Source: Dendrobates tinctorius (lineage: Eukaryota). From it: a stretch of DNA of 64,000 bases. Numbering within the stretch: the first letter of the stretch is position 1; each line of letters starts with the position of its first letter. Positions 61,094 through 64,000 of this stretch are shown here, piece after piece. The DNA is taken from contig NW_027361831.1 in the NCBI RefSeq assembly GCF_039654945.1, positions 10,416,001 through 10,480,000 on the forward strand, in the 5' to 3' direction. A program made the translations under genes and the position numbers. Under the pieces are notes generated by a model. That model was given only the letters and a program-made list of their open reading frames with translations, did no database searches and had not been told where the DNA came from.

Positions 61094-61137
61094 TATGGTT
61101 TGAGAAAGGCCTCCTAGTAGGTCGAAACGTAACCATA
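61094..61137 (+). ncRNA. Minimal type I hammerhead ribozyme (U3-A8 variant) in the PLE pseudo-LTR
   Basis: Stem I TATGGT/ACCATA; core TTGAGAA(A); stem II GGCCT/AGGTC; GAAA; loopless palindromic stem III ACGT; GUA cleavage triplet ending at 61131. Confidence 0.8.
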
Positions 61138-61423
61138 GTATACTCATATCCTGGATTACGATATTATACCCACATTTTGGATACTTCTTTTGTCTGCGGT
61201 GTTACACTATTTGATGCATTTGAAATAAAATAAAAATCCAAAAATTTCACAAAATCTTCAAGATTTTTTGCAAGATTAATCCACACTTGAGTGCGACTGT
61301 TTATCTACTGACTACTGTTTGTGGACCCTCCACGTACAGTCAGCACCTATCTCCTCCACAGCAAGAGTGCGCGTCTTTCTTCTTTTGCTCGGCTTTTTGT
61401 TGACGCTTGCACCTGCACCCTAA

Positions 61424-62221
61424 ATGTCTCGGAATACCTTTGCCTTTGACGACACAACAACTACTCGGATCCTGTCCCAGGTTACCTCTTCAGGGGACTT
61501 CTTGAAAACCCCTGCTCAAGAAACCCGCACTAGAGACTACGAAAGGGAACGACGACGACTACTGGCCTATGATCTACATGCTACCACTCTGGCGGAGTAT
61601 CATAAATTAGATAGAATTCCACGGGGCCTGCGGAGCCATCTCCGACCTACCTTATTCTCAGACAAACCTGAGTTCTGTGAAAGATTCCAGCAAATACTTA
61701 ACAAATGTTCACTTGATATTATTCTGTTAACAATTGATTTTCTCTACACAGCAATTACCGAGACATCCACGAAAATTGCTTCTATAGAGGAACAACTTAG
61801 CTCCACTCTTTCTAACAGCGATTGGCAAAACCTTAAAACCAAAATGGACAAGTCCCTTGACGAAAACCGTAAAACCCTACAAGACAGAAAACGAGCCAAA
61901 TTCCAAAGGGACGCAGACGACTATACCAACGACAGGGTCTACAGATGGCACGACTCCTCCTCTACGGGCTCTGGGCGAAGGAACTACAATCAAAGACGCA
62001 CAGGCGCTTACCACACCGACAGCGACAGCTCCACTGGAAGCTCATCTCACAATCGTTTTTTAGCCAGGCGTCAACCTTCAAGAAACAACCATCAACAGAC
62101 GGCAGGAGAAGACCGACCCGGAGGGCAAGCCGCAAACTACGCAGAACGTATGACAACCAGATCTCAGGTAAGCCCACCAACTCGGTCTTCAACATCTCAT
62201 CCTACACCCTTAGCCCGTTAG
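61424..62221 (+). CDS. PLE ORF1 (N-terminal IPRGLR / coiled-coil domain), 265 aa
   Basis: TLAEYHKLDRIPRGLR, ILNKCSLDIILL, KRAKFQRDADDY...VYRW. Confidence 0.85.
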   Translation: MSRNTFAFDDTTTTRILSQVTSSGDFLKTPAQETRTRDYERERRRLLAYDLHATTLAEYHKLDRIPRGLRSHLRPTLFSDKPEFCERFQQILNKCSLDIILLTIDFLYTAITETSTKIASIEEQLSSTLSNSDWQNLKTKMDKSLDENRKTLQDRKRAKFQRDADDYTNDRVYRWHDSSSTGSGRRNYNQRRTGAYHTDSDSSTGSSSHNRFLARRQPSRNNHQQTAGEDRPGGQAANYAERMTTRSQVSPPTRSSTSHPTPLAR

Positions 62222-64000
62222 AGCTGTCTGTTCTTCAAAAAGGCTTATCATTCTGTCCCACCCCTCCGTGGGATAAATTCCAGCTATCACAAGATCTACA
62301 GAACTTTTTTCGGACGATTCGCCTTAAAACACATTTTGGACTGGAACCAGTCACCCCAGGGAACAGGGCCCCTCCAATTGGGGGGAACCCCATTCCCGAT
62401 TTATCCATCTCTTCCCTCGGTCTACGCAACCCCAGTAACTTCTCTCCACCACACACCTTTCATGCTGTTGAGGCTTTTATTGATGTAGTCCAGAAAGACA
62501 TAGAATACATTTTAGCTGAACATGAAAAAGGTTTATTACCTACACATAGTAACATTACCCCTATAGAGAGACAAGCCATTGATTCCCTAAAGAATAATAA
62601 ATCAATAATCATCAAACTGGCTGACAAGGGAGGAGCCATTGTCATCCAAAATTTCTCCGACTATATGGATGAAATTTCACGTCAACTTTCTGATTCCTCC
62701 ACATACCAGAAAATTTCCCGTGATCCTACACCACGCATTAAGCTCCTAATTGACGAAGTCCTTGACAGGTATCTGACCCTAAAAACCATTGATTCCAAAA
62801 CCGTCACATTTCTCAAAAATTCTAACCCAGTCATCCCTGTATTCTACACATTACCCAAAATTCACAAGTCTCTACTTAAACCTCCTGGCCGCCCTATCGT
62901 TGCCTCTACTGATTCAATCTTCTCCCCAATCTCCACCTTTTTAGAAAAAATCTTGACCCCTCTTACCAAAACTACCAAGTCCTTAGTCCTAGATACAGGT
63001 CACTTTCTCTCCTTTATTCGACAAATTGACAATATCCCTCCGGAATGTCTCCTAGTCACCCTGGATGTCAAAAGCTTATATACTTCTATAGATCACGACC
63101 TAGGGGTAAGTGCTACCAAAACCCTCCTTGAGTCCTCTGACCTTTCCCACAACTCCATTCAGCTTTGTATTGATCTCCTGTCCATCATCTTGAAAGAAAA
63201 TTTCTCTCTCTTTGGGGACCAATTTTATCTACAGTGCCGCGGGACCGCAATGTGCGCTAACGTAGCACCTGCTTACGCTAATGCCTACATGAATGATTTC
63301 GAATGTTCCTATGTCTACAATAATACCCTTTTCAAAACATACAGCCAATGTTGGCTACGATATATCGACGATATTTTTTGTCTATGGCTGGGTACCCTCG
63401 AGGACTTACTTTCCTTCACGGAACATCTTAATTCTATCAGACCTGAATTACAGTTCACCCTTAATTGCAATTCTTCACAGATCTCTTTCCTGGATACACT
63501 AGTAATCAAGTCCTGCACTGGTACACTCTCTACTGATCTATATGTTAAACCCACCGACTCCAACAACCTTCTTCATTACACAAGCTGTCACCCTGCCTCT
63601 ACCAAGGATAGTCTCCCCCGTTCTCAGTTCACACGCGTTACTAGAATTGTCACAGACCCTACTCTGGCTCCCATTCGCCTCAATGAAATGTCAGACAAAT
63701 TCAAAGTAAGGCATTATCCCACCAAACTTCTTGAAAGTGAAACACGCCGTGCCCTGGAACCTTGCCCTCTGCAACCATCTCAACCCAAAGGCGAACGTGT
63801 CACCTTCGTACACACCCACCATCCTGTTATGCCCAAAATTTATCACATTATCCACAAACATTGGTCAATTCTACCTAGATCCTATCCCCACATTGAGGCA
63901 TTTAAAACACCAGCACTTATGTGCAAACGCCGTCCTAGAAATATCCGAGATGAGCTGGTCAGAGCCGATATTGGTAGTCTAACTAGAACTCCTAGACAGA
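62062..64000 (+). CDS. PLE reverse transcriptase ORF in the -1 frame, open to the window end (absent from the supplied ORF track)
   Basis: Manual translation without stops: VFNISS, KGLSFCPT, KLADKGGAIV, YTLPKIHK, GRPIVA, LVTLDVKSLYTSI, GTAMCANVAPAYAN, WLRYIDDIF, ISFLDT, YVKPTD, SCHP. Confidence 0.93.

Larger units (their letters stand above)
61000..64000 (+). mobile_element. Penelope-like retroelement in the ZNF gene 2 intron (antisense to the gene), 3'-partial; 5' boundary approximate
   Basis: Hammerhead, AATAAA, IPRGLR N-terminal ORF and PLE-type RT. Confidence 0.92.

Overview
Eukaryotic vertebrate DNA, inferred to be frog from the XlCOF/XlCGF-type KRAB-like C2H2 zinc-finger genes and the anuran-type TE families. 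Two minus-strand ZNF genes of a tandem cluster bracket about 50 kb of nested transposons. These are: Tc1/mariner relics; a Chapaev3-like element carrying a TTAA piggyBac-type insert; a solo LTR; a full-length 8-kb PIF/Harbinger (intact 4-exon MADF gene, nonsense-disabled 4-exon transposase); a complete Ngaro tyrosine-recombinase retrotransposon; a CR1 fragment; a three-level nest of L1 > L1 > CR1 with readable TSDs; a chromovirus relic; and many MITEs. A Penelope-like element (PLE) runs off the right edge. The most interesting signals are: (1) the PLE has two overlapping ORFs joined by a correctly phased HIV-type U_UUU_UUA -1 slippery site, downstream of a minimal U3-A8 hammerhead ribozyme; (2) phase-matched splice sites predict an Ngaro subgenomic mRNA fusing the ORF1 N-terminus to its SGNH hydrolase; (3) the Harbinger keeps an intact MADF gene while its transposase is dead. 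All coordinates and translations were read by eye and no searches were run.
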